From Holophagales bacterium (GTDB lineage Bacteria > Acidobacteriota > Thermoanaerobaculia > UBA5066), in NCBI GenBank assembly GCA_016716705.1, contig JADJVF010000013.1:60101-124100 (forward strand): 64,000 nt of DNA. The letters run 5' to 3'. Below, piece after piece: positions 62,401 to 64,000 of this stretch (the stretch's first letter is position 1; each line of letters begins with the position of its first letter). The notes beneath the pieces were generated by a model, which worked only from the letters and a program-made list of their open reading frames with translations, did not search any database and was not told the origin of the DNA. The translations under genes and the position numbers were made by a program.

Positions 62401-64000
62401 TCCTCCGGCGAGACGAACGCCCTCCTGGCTTCGGGGACCTGGGCCGACGCCGACGCGCTCGTGGCGGAGAGCGAGAGCTCGGGGCTCTTCACGCGGGACC
62501 TCGGCGGGAGCTTCGCGGCGGTCGAACGCGCGTGGGGCGTTCCGGTCCGCTGGGCGTCCTGGACGGTCCTCGCTCCCGTCGCCGACGTGACGGCCGCCCT
62601 CGCGAGCGAGGAGCGGGTTCACCTCGCGATCGTCCACGGCGACGCGGACTGCGTCATCTCCGGAGACGAAGGCGGATGCGCCCGGGTCGTCGAGGCGCTG
62701 GGTAGAGGCCGATGCCTGCGCCTCGGCTACCCGCTCGCGGTCCACGTTCCCGAGCTCGACGCGGTTCGGGAGGAGTGGCTATCGCTGCACCGCCGGCCGA
62801 CGACGCCGCCCCTCCGGCCGGGTCGCGGCCGCCCGCCCGCTTCTACACGAACGCCACGGCCGTCCGCTACGTGCCGACGTCCGAGAGCTGCGCGCAGGCG
62901 ATCCTCGGCCAGGCGAACCGGACGCTCGACCTGCGCCCGACCGTCCTCGCGGCCTGGGAGGACGGCGTCCGCGTCTTCGTCGAGCACGGGCCGCAGGCGG
63001 CGTGCGGCCGCTGGATCCGCGCGATCCTCGGCGAGCGCGAGGCGCTCGTCGTCAGCCTCGACCGGAAGGGGCAGGGCCTCGAGGCGACCCTCGACGCCGT
63101 CGCGGCGCTCGTCGCCGCGGGCGTGCCGATGCGCGCCGGGGCTCTCGACGAGCTCGACGCCCTGCTGCGGGCGGAACGGCCCTCCCCTCGGAGCGGCCGG
63201 AGCCTCGCCTTCCCGGCGCACTTTCCCGAGGTGAAGCTCCTGCCCGTCCCTTTGCCGATCGTCGCGCCGGACCCGGCGGGCGCGCGCGTCATGGCCCCGG
63301 CTCCGGTCCTGCCGCCGGTCCTCGACGAAGACTGGAACGTCCGGTCGCGCGATCCCGTCGTGCCGATCGCTCCGCCCGCGCCTTCCGCACCGGTCGCGTC
63401 CCCCGTCCTTCAGGGCTTGCTCGACCACGTCGCCCAGCTCTCGAGAATCCAGCAGGACTACGTTCTGGCGCAGCAGGCTCTGCACGAGCGGTTCCTCTCT
63501 GGGCGCGGCGCGGCGATGGAGACGTTCCTCCACGCAGCGCGCCGTGCGGGAACGACGGAAAGTGTTCCGGCGTTCCCGGAGACCCCGATGATTTCGACGG
63601 CTCCGACGCCTGTCGAGAAACCTCATCGCAGCGGAGGTCCCGTCGGTCCCCGATTCGACCGCGGCCAGCTCGAGATCCACGCCGGAGGCCGGATCTCGGA
63701 GCTCTTCGGTCGGGATTTCGCGGCGCAGGACGGCTACGCACGCCAGGTCCGGATGCCGCTCCCTCCGCTCCTCCTCGCCGACCGGGTCGTCGGTCTCGCG
63801 GCCGAGCCGGCGAGCATGGGGAAGGGGACGATCTGGACCGAGACCGACGTGACGTGGGATTCCTGGTACCTGCACCAGGGCCACATGCCGGCGGGCGTGA
63901 TGATCGAGGCGGGCCAGGCCGACCTGATGCTCATCTCGTACCTCGGCGTCGACCTCCTGAACAGGGGAGAGCGGGTCTACCGGCTCCTCGGCTGCGAGCT
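59467..64000 (+). CDS. pfaC: PfaC/pfa3-type protein with domain order KS - CLF (chain-length factor) - AT - FabA-like DH...; truncated by the window end, with one apparent frameshift near 62790
   Basis: KS: DAACASSLYAIKLACD (Cys), EAHATGTP, KSNLGHL. A second KS-like domain lacks the active Cys (TVQAGEASGTVALSLAMRAL). AT: GYSSGE (GxSxG). After the frameshift the protein continues into a FabA-type dehydratase (…GTIWTETDVTWDSWYLHQGHMPAGVMIEAGQADLMLISYLGVD…). A GTG start lies 5 nt after the pfaA stop. Confidence 0.8.

Overview
This is a 64 kb, roughly 70 % GC bacterial chromosomal segment with almost no non-coding space. The composition and gene content (Ser/Thr-kinase-TPR proteins, B. subtilis-type SdhC, pfa-type lipid synthase) fit an Acidobacteriota- or Myxococcota-like soil bacterium. 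That taxonomic guess is inference only. Gene content, in order:

- A kdp K+ uptake locus: kdpC' - kdpB - kdpA - kdpF on the minus strand, an APC-family KimA-like transporter, then kdpE and kdpD. The KdpD here is short and N-terminally truncated.
- arfB, a YciA-type thioesterase, and a HerA/DUF853-like ATPase.
- A central-metabolism block: mdh-sdhC-sdhA-sdhB, and further on proC, sucC-sucD and ndk.
- A tightly coupled plus-strand operon: DAHP synthase, chorismate mutase, CmoA-type carboxy-SAM synthase, an ICMT-family membrane methyltransferase and a class I methyltransferase.
- Two eukaryotic-like Ser/Thr kinases with TPR tails.
- A TauE-rhodanese pair, PAP2 phosphatase, an M16 peptidase pair, SPFH, RHH and DUF2780 proteins, an AlkZ-like glycosylase, a large BNR/Vps10-like exported protein, VWA and OmpA-like proteins, RluD and PepP.
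- At the 3' end, a TetR-flanked pfa-like (PUFA-synthase-type, iterative PKS/FAS) 'secondary lipid' cluster that runs off the window. It has a PfaD-type enoyl reductase, a PfaA-type KS-AT-ACP-ACP-KR-DH megasynthase (~6.4 kb), and a PfaC/pfa3-type KS-CLF-AT-DH protein. This cluster is the most notable content.

I recognised no rRNA, tRNA, CRISPR or mobile elements.

Many highly conserved genes are interrupted by single-base frameshifts, all at homopolymer runs where I localised them, and there are two long poly-G/poly-C tracts. The assembly therefore almost certainly carries indel errors, and 'pseudogenes' here should not be over-interpreted.
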